This document shows, piece by piece, positions 40,631-53,210 of a stretch of 64,000 nucleotides of DNA. The DNA is from Octopus sinensis (taxonomy: Eukaryota). Numbering within the stretch: the first letter of the stretch is position 1; the number at the start of each line of letters is the position of its first letter. The notes beneath the pieces are model-generated. The model ran no database searches. It was not told the origin of the DNA and saw only the letters and a program-made list of their open reading frames with translations. The translations under genes and the position numbers were made by a program. The stretch is taken from contig NC_043006.1 of the NCBI RefSeq assembly GCF_006345805.1, positions 43,338,001-43,402,000 on the forward strand, given 5' to 3'.

Positions 40631-41300
40631 CAATACGATAAGAAAATTGAGAGACAATTAACAAATTATTATTTATAAAATTTTTTCGGAATGAGATAAA
40701 AAAACCCAACGCTGTGTAGATTTTAGAACATTTATAGATAGAAGGTCTTAAAGCTGTTTCCAGGATATTTATTATATCCCTTCATAGGAGACGGTGTGAG
40801 TGGATGGTTAAGTAATAGTTAATTTAGATAAGATACAAAATAGGGAGTGAGGTGGAAGAGAGAAAGTAGATGTGAGATATGTAGGGATGTTATATTTGTA
40901 GATCCATTTTTTAAGCAGAATGTTATACATATAAGATTCCAATACCTTATGAGTAAAATCCAATAGTATTTAAAATTGGTCATTCCAAGTATGGAGTTCA
41001 TACACAGTATTCTTGAATCAAGGGTTTTATTAAAGTGACCGAAAAATAGGGAGCGTATTAGTAGGGTCAAATCGAAAATAGGAAGAGAGGAATAACGAAA
41101 CAGAAAAAGAAGTGAAAAGGAGAGAATGCGGAGAAGAAAGAAAGAAGAAAAATAATAAAATAATACATTCTTATTATTAATAAAAAAATTGACAACATTT
41201 CTTACAGCTGTTTCAATTCTAAACTTTTAGAAAATTAATAAAATTTAAAATTACTGAAAGTCGAATCTCGTCAGAGGTAGTTTAAGATATACAAAATAGG
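40630..41300 (-). mobile_element. Penelope-like element fragment with two degenerate hammerheads
   Basis: HHR-like motifs at 40745-40792 and 41200-41277 (CTGACGA-GATTC...GAATT-GAAAC AGCT GTA-AG) surround a decayed ORF piece (GHFN...SILGMTNF). Confidence 0.6.
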
Positions 41301-41335
41301 TGGTCAGTTCCTGCATGTTGAATATACAGCTGCAA

Positions 41336-41391
<56 letters not shown>

Positions 41392-42769
41392 TACATATAT
41401 ATATGTATGTATATATGTATACATATATACATTTATATATCTATATATATATATACAAATTTATATATATTTGCAAACATACAATCATGTATACACACAC
41501 TATTCATGTATACACACAAACAGACATGCACACACACACATATACCTCTCCATTCATGTATACACACAAACACACATGCACACACACGCACATACATATA
41601 TACCTCTACATTCATTTATACATACAAACGCACACGCACACACATACACACACACATACATATATTCCTCTCTATTCATGTATACACACAAACACACATG
41701 CACACACACACATACATATATACCTCTCCATTCATGTATGCACACACACACACACACACACACACACTCCTAAGTTCTCAAACACGTTATATAACTATTC
41801 CATAATACATTGTCTCATTATTGGAAACAGATGCATTCACTCAAACACACAAACAAACATATGAAAACATGGAGGTATGTGCGTAGACATAGACATTATC
41901 GATAAATTGATTAGTCATTAATTTTTAAGACAATCTCACAATCTCTTCATATGCTGTATCTCTTCAATCCGTCTTGCTCCCTGAATCCAATTGTCTCAAA
42001 TTTACAACTCAAGATGCTGGTCTCTTCAATGTGCAATCAATCTGATATCATGCATATGTGAGCAAGCGAATGTATTTGTATGTGTGTGTGTGTATACATA
42101 TATATGTGTACATATGTGTATGTATATATATATTTATAAGTACATATATATATTTGTATATATACACTCACACATATATATATATACATATATATATGTA
42201 CATATATATATATATACATATGTGTGTATCCATATGTGCATATATGCACATATATGAGTACATATATATATACTTAGTGTATATACATTTGAGCATATAC
42301 ATATATTTGTGTGTGTGTGTGTGTGTTTACATATATATGTGTATATATGTGTTTGTATATATATGTATATATACACACACACATATATATATATGCATAT
42401 ACATATATACATGTATATGTAATGTATATACATTTGAATATATATGTGTGTGTATGTATATATGTGTGTGTATGTGTGTGCATGCATGTGTGTATGGTTG
42501 TGTGGTAAGAAGTTGGTTTTCCAGCCACATGGCTTCAAGTTCAGTCCCACTGCATGACACTTTGGATACATGTTTTCTATTATAGCCTCAGACCGACCAA
42601 AGCCTTCTGAGTGGATTTGATAGATGGAAACTGGAGGAAGCCTGTCAAATACATTTCTAGATATAGCTATAGATGTAGATATATAGATAAACACATAGAT
42701 ATAGATATATATTAACACATATGCATATATACATTTACACACATACACACACACATATATAGGCACAGG

Positions 42770-43520
42770 TGTGGGTGTATGGTAAGTAGCTTGCTTCCCT
42801 ACCACATGGTTCAGAGTTCAGTCCCACTGCGTGGTACCTTTGGCGAGTGTCTTCTACTATAGCCTCGGGCCAACCAAAGCCCTGTGGGTGGATTTGGTAG
42901 ATGGAAACTGAAAGACGCCCATCGTATATATATATATGCCCAGTGGTTAGGGCAGCGGACTCGTGATCGTAGGATCGCTGTTTCAATTCCCAGACTGGGC
43001 GTTGTGAGTGTTTATTGAGCGAAAACACCTAAAAAAGCTCCATGAGGCTCCGGCAGGGGGTGGTGATCCCTGCTGTACTCTTTCACCACTCTTTCTCCCA
43101 CTCTTTCTTTTGTTGGCCTGCTCACTTAGCCTGCTCACTTAGCCTGCGGGATGGCATCATTCGAAGGCTAAAACAATGCAAACGCATTGTGACCAGCTAT
43201 GTGTAACAACATCTGATGGTCTGGTCGGTCACATGATCACATGATATATATATGTGCGCGTGTGTGTGTGTGTGTGAGTGTGTGTGTATTTATATATACG
43301 TATATTTATGCGTGTGCCTTTGTGTCTGTTTGTCCCCCCCCCATTACTTGACAACCGATGTTGGTGTGTTTACATCCCTGTAACTTAACAGTTCAGCTAA
43401 AGAGACTGCTAGAATAAGTACTAGGCTTAGAAAGAATAAGTCCTGGGGTCGATTTCTTTAAAGCAGTACTCCAGCATGGCCACAATCATATGACTGAAAC
43501 AAGTAAAAGAATAAAAGGAC
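42770..43520 (+). mobile_element. SINE A interrupted at its central (TA)n by a SINE D (42937-43245)
   Basis: A head 42770-42930; D with A/B boxes and tail gtcacatgatcacatgat; A 3' half 43310-43520. Confidence 0.88.
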
Positions 43521-43532
43521 AGATGATTATAT

Positions 43533-43580
<48 letters not shown>

Positions 43581-43787
43581 TAGTTAATGCAACATGAAAA
43601 TACAAAGAGAAAGCAACAAAACGAGGATGTGGAAGAAGTATAGTGTTATTGAATGCTCAAAAAAGGAAAGAAAGAAGGAGGATTTAACATTTCGAGCAGA
43701 GCTCTTCATCAGAAACATAGAAAAAGGAAAGGTCCAAAGAAGAGAAGACGGAGGAAAAAAATCGCCAAGGATACACACACGGTCACA
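43581..43787 (-). mobile_element. ~210-bp hammerhead-bearing repeat
   Basis: GTTT-CTGATGA-A-GAGC TCT GCTC-GAAAT-GTT-AAAT at 43682-43716. Confidence 0.82.
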
Positions 43788-43788
43788 T

Positions 43789-43868
<80 letters not shown>

Positions 43869-44164
43869 GTAAGTAGGTAGGTAGGTAGGTAGGTAGGTAG
43901 GTAGGTAAGTAGATAGGTAAGTGGGTGGGCAGGCAGACGGGAAGGTAGGTAGGTAGGTAGGTAGATAGATATACATACATACATATATATATTGAAGAGA
44001 GAAAAGAGAGAAACATAATATTTTTTTCATTGCTCTCTTTCCCTCTCTCTCTCACTCTCTCCATATGTATGTAAATACATCATATATTTGATGGTCTCTG
44101 TTGTACAGAAACATATGTATGTGTTTTGTTGTAGTTATACATGATTATATGTGTAACAACAGTA

Positions 44165-44600
44165 TGCAGATGACATTTTAGTTCTATGGTTGCTGTGTGT
44201 GTCATTTGAGCCAATCAGAGACTGATAATCCGTGAGGCCATTTTGTGTGCGTGCGTGTGTGTGTGTGTGTGTGCGTGTGCGTGCGTGCGTGTGTGTGTGT
44301 GCGTGCATGTGTGTGTGTGCGTGTGCGTGTGTTATTTAAAGAAAACACATGTCTATCTTAGTTTTCAGTTTCACTCAACTGTCACTGGGAGCTATGAGTA
44401 AACTGTCGTCTCTCTCTCCCCCCCCGCCTTTCCTCTCCCATCACTCTGTCTCTTTCTCTCTCTCTCTCTCTCACTCACTTATTTTAGCCGGTGTCTTCTA
44501 CCTGTTTTGATATCTGTCTTGATAGAATAACTTCTACCTGATCAAAAACTGCTGTCGATTATATGTTTGTAAATATTTTGACTTTACAAACAAGAAAACA
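44165..44600 (+). promoter_or_regulatory. Putative Pol II promoter module, copy 1 (CCAAT + TATA-like + Inr-like)
   Basis: GATGACATTT, AGCCAATCA, TATTTAAAG (44333), TCAGTT (44365), CTGTCAC, then a pyrimidine-rich leader; homologous to copy 2. Confidence 0.4.
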
Positions 44601-44699
44601 TAAGTAATACAAATCAGAAAACATATATCAGAAACTTCCTATGTACATCGCCCAGTTCACTTAGTAAAACACTTTAACATATTTTTCTACAACACTACT

Positions 44700-44860
44700 G
44701 GTTTCATTGGCTTATATAGTTATATAAGATTCAAGACTATTGAAAAAGTTGCAAGATGCACTGAAAATTTTAGGAAAATAAAAATAAGGAATAAGTGGAA
44801 ATTTTACATTATAAGGCACAAAAAGAAAATGACTCTCCCCAGACACAACAGAATATACTT
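44700..44860 (+). mobile_element. PLE-like terminal repeat fragment
   Basis: caagactattgaaaaagttgcaagatgc...gacacaacagaat also occurs reversed at ~18960-19100 and ~19875-20015. Confidence 0.55.
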
Positions 44861-45769
44861 CAATACACGAATCTTTCAAAACAAATCCAAAAACGAAATA
44901 TAGTTATATAGTTTTACAAATACTTTTTATGTAGACTCTGCTTTGACTGATGTGGTAAGTTTTAAGCTGCTACTTTCTCCTCTGAAGTCATCCCTATTTC
45001 TAATGAACTATTAGACCAACCACATCAGAAGAGGTCTATTTTCTTATTGTTTAACTATGTTATTTATTTATTTATTTTTGCTTGTTTTAGTCATGAGACT
45101 GCAGCCATGTTATGACGTCATGTTGAGATGTAGGACAAAAGAAAAATTCATTTAGAATTTATTGGGATCCCCCTGAACAATCTGTTTAGATTCATACAGA
45201 TGATGATCCTGAGCTGCAAACAACCAACAACTGGCATACATTTTTTCATATATCATGCTGATATGATATATGAAGAGGGCTCTGAAAGGGATTTCAGGGA
45301 GTAGTGTCCCTGCCTTCCTGAGCCAGTTTTCCACCACATTTCTTAAAAATCGTGGTAGAGGCCTTAATCTCAAGACCACTCATGTCTAGAAACTGAAGTT
45401 AGGGGTAAGCAAGGGCATGCTCCCTGTAGAAAATCCAGTTCCAAAAAAGCCTCATGATAGCAAAGGAGAATGGGCACCAGCCAACCCAAAGGTTGGGGAG
45501 GGCTGCACCTGCCTACCTCGGTTGCTATGGCATTGAGGTAGATTCACCCGTTAACAAGGACTAAACCCAAATTTAAAACACTGGATAATGATGATGATGC
45601 TGACACCACCTCCAAAATACATGGTACTTTATTTTGGTGCCTTGATGACTTCACAATCTTAATAATTCATTTTGCATTTTCATTTACTTCTCACAACCCA
45701 TTGATTTGTATTGATCCTTATTGATTGGCGTTTCTCTTCTATCTAATGAGAACTAACGTAGAAACATTA

Positions 45770-46040
45770 TACCGATGACATTTCAGTTTCACTATTGTTG
45801 TGTGTTAGCCAATCATAAACGAGTAGTCTGTGATCCCTTTTTATTATTTAAAGATAACACACGACTATCTTAACTTCTCTTAGCTGTCACAGGAAACCTT
45901 GGGTCTGCTGTTTCTTTTCTCCTCCCACTTTCCATTTCTCTCATTTTTTCTCTTGTTAATTGTTAACTTGTACCTCGGTATTGCCAAGAAAGAATAATTT
46001 ATGCTTGTATCACCTGTATCAACCAGACTATCAGATATTG
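45770..46040 (+). promoter_or_regulatory. Putative Pol II promoter module, copy 2
   Basis: GATGACATTT, AGCCAATCA, TATTTAAAG (45845), CTATCTTA and CTGTCAC in the same order as copy 1. Confidence 0.4.
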
Positions 46041-46359
46041 TTATACATTGCTGGTTACAATGCAGATCCAGTTCTTCCTTTGTTGCATCCTTCTTTTCCA
46101 TCTTAGCCTAAATTGTTTAACTAAATCATCGTCTTGTCATTATGAAGGCCTTCTGAGTGACCTTTTCTGATCTCTTGGATAGCACTCGTCAACTGCATAA
46201 CTCCTCCAGTTGTCTGTGAACCTTATGACAAATCCAGCCCAGGAGAACTTATACATTTTGTATTCTGCAATCACATCATTATCTTCATTCCATTCTCTAA
46301 TTACTTCATTTTGGACAAGCTCTCACAACAATAATTTGTGTCTGTTTAAAACCACTCTT

Positions 46360-46745
46360 TTACTCTTTTATTTGTTTCAGTCATTTGACTGTGGCCATGC
46401 TGGAGCACCATCTTTAGCCAAACAAATCGACCCCAGGACCTATTCTTTGTAAGACTAGTACTTATTCTATCGGTCTCTTTTGCTGAACCGCTAAGTTACA
46501 AGAACGTAAACACACCAGCGTTGGTTATCAAGCGATGTTCGTGGAGACAAACATAGACACACAAACATATACATATATATATACATGATGGGCTTCTTTC
46601 AGTTCCTGTCTACCAAATCCATTCACAAAGCTTCTGTCAACTCGAGGCTATAGTAGAAGACACTCACCCAAGTCGCCAAACAGTGGGACTGAACCTGGAA
46701 CCATGTGGTTGGTAAGCAAGCTACTTACTACACAGCCACTCCTGC
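46360..46745 (-). mobile_element. SINE A, full length
   Basis: Both halves present. Confidence 0.88.
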
Positions 46746-46904
46746 ACCCATGCAAGCTACTTACCACTCACAAGCTACTTACCACACAGCACTGCTTACA
46801 TTTACTGTTCGTGATTATCAGTTCATAAATATTTCAACTTTAGAGACGAGAAAATATATCTAAAAATAGCTACACACATTTTTCAATTGACTTTCTAAAG
46901 ACGC

Positions 46905-47335
46905 CAAGCTGGCAGAAACGTTAGCACACCGGCTGAAATACTTAGCGGTATTTCGTTTGTCTTTACATTCTGAATTCAAATTCCGCCGAGGTTGACTTTG
47001 TCTTTCATCCTTTCCAGGTCAATAAATTAAGTACGAGTTGCGTACTGATCTCGATCTAACTGACTAGCCCTCTCCTCACGAATTTTGGACCTTGTGCTTA
47101 GAGTAGAAACGAATATACTATACTAAAAGACAGCGAGCTGGCAGAAACGTTAGCACACCAGGCGAAATACTTAGCACTATTTCATCTGTTTTTACGTCCC
47201 AAGTTCAAATTCCACCGAGGTCGACTTTGCCTTTCATCCTTTCCGGGTCAATAAATTAAGTATCAGTTGCATACTGGGGTCGATCTAATGGACTGCCTCT
47301 CCTCCCCAAAAGTTTCAGGCCTTGTGCCAAGCAAA
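46905..47335 (+). mobile_element. Two tandem SINE B copies
   Basis: Two gctggcagaaacgttagcac heads. Confidence 0.88.
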
Positions 47336-47564
47336 GAATTGACTTTCTAATGCACAAAAACATATTTACATTCTCCATAACACTTTCTACAACACAAGCA
47401 TCTAACAACCAGCTTATGTTTATTCATTGTTACAAATACTTTCTATGTTAAGTCTGCTTTGATTGCCATGATAAATAATGTGTTATTGTGTTCTGAATTC
47501 TACCTCATTTCAAACTCATATTCCTAAGATATGTTCTGTGTAATTTTTAATAAATTATTATGGG

Positions 47565-47725
47565 CATGGGAGTGGCTGTGTGGTAAGTAGCTTGCTTATC
47601 AACCACATGGTTCCGGGTTCAGTCCCACTGCGTGGCACCTTGGGCAGGTGTCTTCTACTATAGCCTCGGGCCAACCAAAGCCTTGTGATTGGATTTGGTA
47701 GACGGAAACTGAAAGAAGCCCATCG

Positions 47726-47774
<49 letters not shown>

Positions 47775-47813
47775 GTATAAATATATATACATATATATAT
47801 ATGTATATATATT

Positions 47814-47873
<60 letters not shown>

Positions 47874-48015
47874 GCTTCTTTCAGTTTCCACTCACATGCT
47901 TTGGTCGACATGAAGCTGTGGCAGAAGACGCGTTCCCAAGGTGCCATGCAGTGGGACTGAATCCTGAACACTGTGGCTGGTAAGCAAGCTTCTTACCACA
48001 CAGCCACCCTGTGCC
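47565..48015. mobile_element. Inverted pair of SINE A heads separated by (TA)n
   Basis: 47565-47730 (+) and 47870-48015 (-, internally deleted). Confidence 0.85.
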
Positions 48016-48454
48016 TATATCCACATTTAGTATGATATACCATGTACTATTTTGAACTAATACTGCTTCCATCGTTAATAAATTTTATCTAGCCTACCAG
48101 CTAATTGCTACACCAGTGATGTGTTTATCACTATTTTACTATATCAGTAGACAACAAAATTTGTCTAAGCCTGCAACTGAGAGTGGCAACTTGCTACTTA
48201 TGATGTATAAAGATGCAGAAATCTGGATTTAGCAATTCCATCACTGCTGCTGCTGCTGCTGTTGGACACTATTTGCCTACAACTGATACACCTCTGGGCA
48301 TTTTTTTTAGCAGCATACACCTATAAGAGAAGCTTTCTCTGGACAAATTCCTCTGTGTTTTAGCTTTCTACAGAATAACCATATAAGTAAGATATACGGA
48401 ATGCTATCTTGAACTAATGGTTCTTTTGTCAATTAATAACAAGTTCTTGCTTTA

Positions 48455-49205
48455 CTCTTTTCTCTTTACTCTTTTACTCGTTTCAGTCATTTGACTGTGG
48501 CCATGCTGGAGCACCACCTTTAGTCGAGCAAATCGACCCCTGGACTTATTCTTTGTAAGCCTAGTACTTATTCTATTGGTTTCTTTTGCTGAACTGCTAA
48601 GTTACGGGGACGTAAACACACCAAAATCGGTTGTCAAGCGATGTTGCGGGGACAAACACAGACACACAAACACATACACACACACACACATATATATATA
48701 CATCTGCCAGATCAGACTGGGCCTGGTGCAGCCTTCTGGCTTCCCAGACCCCAGTTGAACCGTCCAACCCATGCTAGCATTGAAAGCGGACGTTAAACGA
48801 TGATGATGATGATGATGATGATAAAGTTGATCCAAACATGAAAACACAAAGAGAAAACACAACAACACGAAGACGTTGAACAAATATAGTATTATTGGAC
48901 GCTCAGGAAGAAAGGGAAGAAGGAGGGTTTTACGTTTCGAGCGGAGCTCTTCGTCAGAAACACAGGAAAAGGAAAGATCCAGAGAAGGGAAGACGGGGGA
49001 AAAAAAATCGCCAACGGTACACATGCGGTCACAATATACATATATATGATGGGCTTCTTTCAGTTTCCATCTACCAAATCCACTCACAAGGCTTTGGTCA
49101 ACCCAAAGCTATAGTAGAAGACACTTGCCCAAGATGCCATGCAGTGGAACTGAACCGGAACCATGTGGTTGGTAAGCAAGCTACTTACCACACAGCTACT
49201 CCTAT
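48455..49205 (-). mobile_element. SINE A split by a family C 3' end (48705-48820, +) and a hammerhead repeat (48823-49035, -)
   Basis: A 3' half 48455-48690 and A head 49045-49205; the inserts sit in the central TA/CA tract. Confidence 0.85.
48927..48961 (-). ncRNA. Minimal type I hammerhead ribozyme motif, intact
   Basis: GUUU-CUGACGA-A-GAGC UCC GCUC-GAAAC-GUA/AAAC: full core, 4-bp helix II, 4-bp helix I, palindromic ACGU in place of helix III. Confidence 0.8.
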
Positions 49206-49569
49206 TATTTATAAATTGCAAGGATAATTTCAGTTAATCAACGATTTTTCATCTCTCTCTGTTACGTATGTCAGACCTATCAAAAATATTATTAACATTT
49301 GAAAATAAAGATTTTCAGAACTAAGGCGGAGAATTTATTTACTGAATACGAAAGAAAGAAATATAGTTAAAACAAAACTGTCATGTGCATCAAAATACCG
49401 TAATAATGAGAATAAACAATGTTTAGTCATTTGGAAATTAAAAATAAATAGATTTAATACTATAAACATATGAGTGTGTGTGTGTGCATACATACATGTG
49501 TATGTATCTATGTGTGTGTGTATGTATGTATATTTGTATGTTGTGTCAAAGTTTTTTTGGGTTTTTTTT

Positions 49570-50917
49570 TGTATTCAGACTTTAATTAATAGTTCAAATA
49601 AATGACATATGTAAAGTGTTTATTCATCAAAATATATCCCATCATATTCTATTGTCTGCTGCCATTGTTGAGCCAGAAGTTCAATTCTATGCTTATACCA
49701 TTTAGTTGGTTTAGAGGTAAAAAAAATCTGTGCACCCATTTTCAGCCTCATCCACATTGTTGAACCTTGGCCCATGCAGGAAATGAACCCTGGCTCACAA
49801 AAAAGGTGGGAATCTGATGGTGCAAGGTTTGAACTCTAAGCAGAGTTAGGCAGCACTTTCAGCTCCTCCAGTTTGCACTTGGTCACATTGGCAGTGTGTA
49901 CTTGGAGCATTGTCATGTTTTTTGAATGTATGTCTTTGATTGACCAATGCCAAGTAGCGGGCTTCCAAAACATTATATATTCACAGTAGTTTGCCGAGCT
50001 TAAATATTAGCATTCACAGCATGACCAACTGGGATAATCTCAGAGTGCAACATCCACCAAACATACAACATGAGCTGATCTTCCACCAAACATACATAAC
50101 AAATCATACCATGCCTTTTGAGGAGGTCAAACGTCAACAATATGTTGAAGTATTGAATCAAAAGGATCTAACCCTTTCAATCCAATCTCTTGTCGCCACA
50201 TTAACTCAACTTTTTAGTAGGGAGATAACACAACTTTTCTAGGTATTTTTTTAATGTGGGTGAGATAACCAAGAAGTACCTACGTTCATAAAAAAAAGTG
50301 AAGGGATATAATTAAATACAACAGGATCTTCTGTTCACACAGCCCTTGTTTGACAACAGGTTCTGAAGGCTGGCCAGTATGAAGCCACTGATTTCTCTTA
50401 CTAGAATTACAAAACTGGATCCAGACTTCATCCCCACTCATATCTGATGCCAAAGCAGATATCTTGAAGATCTGCCAGCAGTTGTTTGCAAATGTTCCCA
50501 TGTTGTTGAACCTGGCGAGTATTGGTCAATTCACGACCAATACTTCATGACAGTGTCTGTTTACAAGGCTGAACTGAGAGAGGAGACAATTGATGGTGCT
50601 TTGTGAAGGACCAACTTCAGCCAACAATGTATGAGTGCTTTTGCTTGGCTGTTGTCCAACCATTTCAAGCAAATCTTCACTTCTATGACAGGTCTCCTTG
50701 AACTTTGGTTTCTCTTCAAGGCTGGTGTCACCTTCCTTGAAATGTCTGTATCAGTTTTGTGCCACATGGTCATTAACCGTTCTTGGGCCTTCCATATCAT
50801 TAATTTCTTTTGATACTGTACACATCTGTACATACATACATATATACATACATACACATGCACATATCTACATATATACATGTGTATATATATATATACA
50901 TATATATAAATAAATAA

Positions 50918-50964
<47 letters not shown>

Positions 50965-51115
50965 GTACTGATCTATGATAGAAAATTGAACAAAAATGTA
51001 CTCCATCTGTTGAGAGATAAATATTATTTATTTAAAGGTCACAATACATGTATCTAAGAGCTACTAATAGTTTCATATGTTAAGAGAAAACTCAAACATT
51101 CTTCAGGCACAAACC
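49570..51115 (-). mobile_element. Mariner transposon, near full length, decayed
   Basis: Minus strand: MEYIFVQF start, INDMEGPRTV, SGDEVWIQF, EPVVKQG, DNAPSTH, SDSHLF and C-terminal QQWQQTIEYDGIYFDE*; a (TA)n expansion at 50830-50960. Confidence 0.88.
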
Positions 51116-51547
51116 ACATATCATAACAACTAAAGAAATTGAATAATAGAAGAAACAGGGAAAAAATTGAGAAGGTGGCATATAGAAAATGCAGAAAGTA
51201 AACAACGGAAAATGAAAATTGGAAAACGAAAAATGGAAACTAAAATGTAAAAAATAAAAAGTAAAGAGATAAAAGAGCTATCCTCCTTAGATCTTAAATG
51301 AAAAGGCTGGAAAACTATCAAGTCAGTCAGGAATATATATATATACACACACACACAAATACATATATATTCTCATCATAAATTGAGACATGTACCAAAT
51401 CTTCCATGTGGCATGCTCGAAGAATTGTGAAGATCTCTTCACATGAAATCATTGGTTGCCTTGTTAACCCACAAATAAAGACTATTTATCCCCCCCAATG
51501 CAGTGTTGAGCACACATTCTTGTTGTAAGTGTGTGTGTGTGAGTGTG

Positions 51548-51620
<73 letters not shown>

Positions 51621-51917
51621 ATTAACAAGACAACCAGTGGTTTTATGTAGGAAAAAAAATCTCCACAATCTTCAAACGCTTGACTTGAGAATGCTGGTAA
51701 TGGTTACCTGAAGCTATGCAGGATATCAAAATAAATACACAAATCTAGAAAAGTGACTTATGAAAATTACTTCTTATCTCCCTGTCTCCTTCACATTAGT
51801 CTTGAAGTTTTGCATGTGTTTGCATTCTCCATGTATTGATTCTTTAACTTTCTCATGTGAGAATGTTCCTTCACATCCGTATCTATACATACAGATATAC
51901 ATGCACATACTCATATA

Positions 51918-52314
51918 TCTTTATATATAAAAGAGAGGTTGTGTGTCCATCTCCTATGATTTAGATTCCTAACTACTCCCACATTTTGCGGTGCAGTGTA
52001 ACCAAATTCGGGTATCTTATAGTCGTGATTCATATCGAGCCCTTCTGGGTATTAGCGCGCGTCTACGATGAGTCTACGATTTTAAAAATAATTTACCATC
52101 ATTTTTTTCCATTTTGATGTATTTTTTTCGCTATTATATAAGGGAAGTAACTCTCTAAAAATGTCTACGATGAGTCAACGATTTAAAAAAAAATTTACCA
52201 TAATTTTTTTTCATTTTTAATGCATTTTTTGCTATTTTTTGGCTATAACTCTCTTAAAATGCTTATATAGTTATTTCCCTTACAAACCCGAGCAACGCCG
52301 GGCGATACTGCTAG
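51918..52314 (+). mobile_element. Non-autonomous Helitron, 397 bp
   Basis: A|TCTTTATATATAAAAG ... CCCGAGCAACGCCGGGCGATACTGCTAG|T. Confidence 0.9.
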
Positions 52315-52343
52315 TATATATATATATACACACGCATACACAC

Positions 52344-52402
<59 letters not shown>

Positions 52403-52679
52403 CACACATACACACACACATATATATATATATATACACTCACATACATGCATACACAATGTGCTTGGTTGATGTTTGCAGATGTGCATACTATTTTTTA
52501 TGGGATTTCACAGGTTTAAAACACAAAATTCGTCCATGATGTTTGAAAGTTCACAAAAATAATTATAAGTTCACGTACATATATTTCTATCAAGCACAGA
52601 CAGACCAAAAAGACATAGACAATAGAAAAATATTATGATATAATCCTCCATACAGCATGAATGTGGGTACAAATATAGC

Positions 52680-53210
52680 TTGTCATTTTCTGAAACTTAT
52701 AGATATCCTCTTCTTACACTCACATGAATACTACAAGATCTTTAATAGAAATATGGTTAAAGTTATCTATACGATTAATGATTTTTCAATTACAATAAGA
52801 ATAGTAACATTAGGAACACTCCTAAGAGATTCTGTAATTTTAGATCCCTTGATGACTGTCTCCTAAATAATATGTGCCAGGAAAAAGAACTAGTGTGCAA
52901 GGCCGTCATCACTGACATGGATGTAACAATGAAAACTTTAAATCAGAACGACTGGAAATACTTTTAAGGAAAGATACACACATCACTTGGTTTCACTTAG
53001 AGACAAAAACAAGAGACAGGTGAAGTTTTATCTAATATGGTATACACCCTTAAAGAGAGGTGTGTAGACAAAATCTCATGTAAACTGGACCATCATAACA
53101 AAGGCCAGAAAATATAGGGAGTAGGGCAGCAAATGCGACCTCAACAGTGAACATTTTAAGCATTAGGGAAGAAACTTTCTCCCCTTGCATGAAAAAACAT
53201 TATAAACTTT
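52680..53210 (+). mobile_element. Penelope-like element GIY-YIG endonuclease remnant
   Basis: FLKLID..F..SHEYYKIFNRNMVKV, LNNMCQEKELVCKAV, NTFKERYTHH, WTIITKARKY and KCDL, with frameshifts. Confidence 0.75.
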
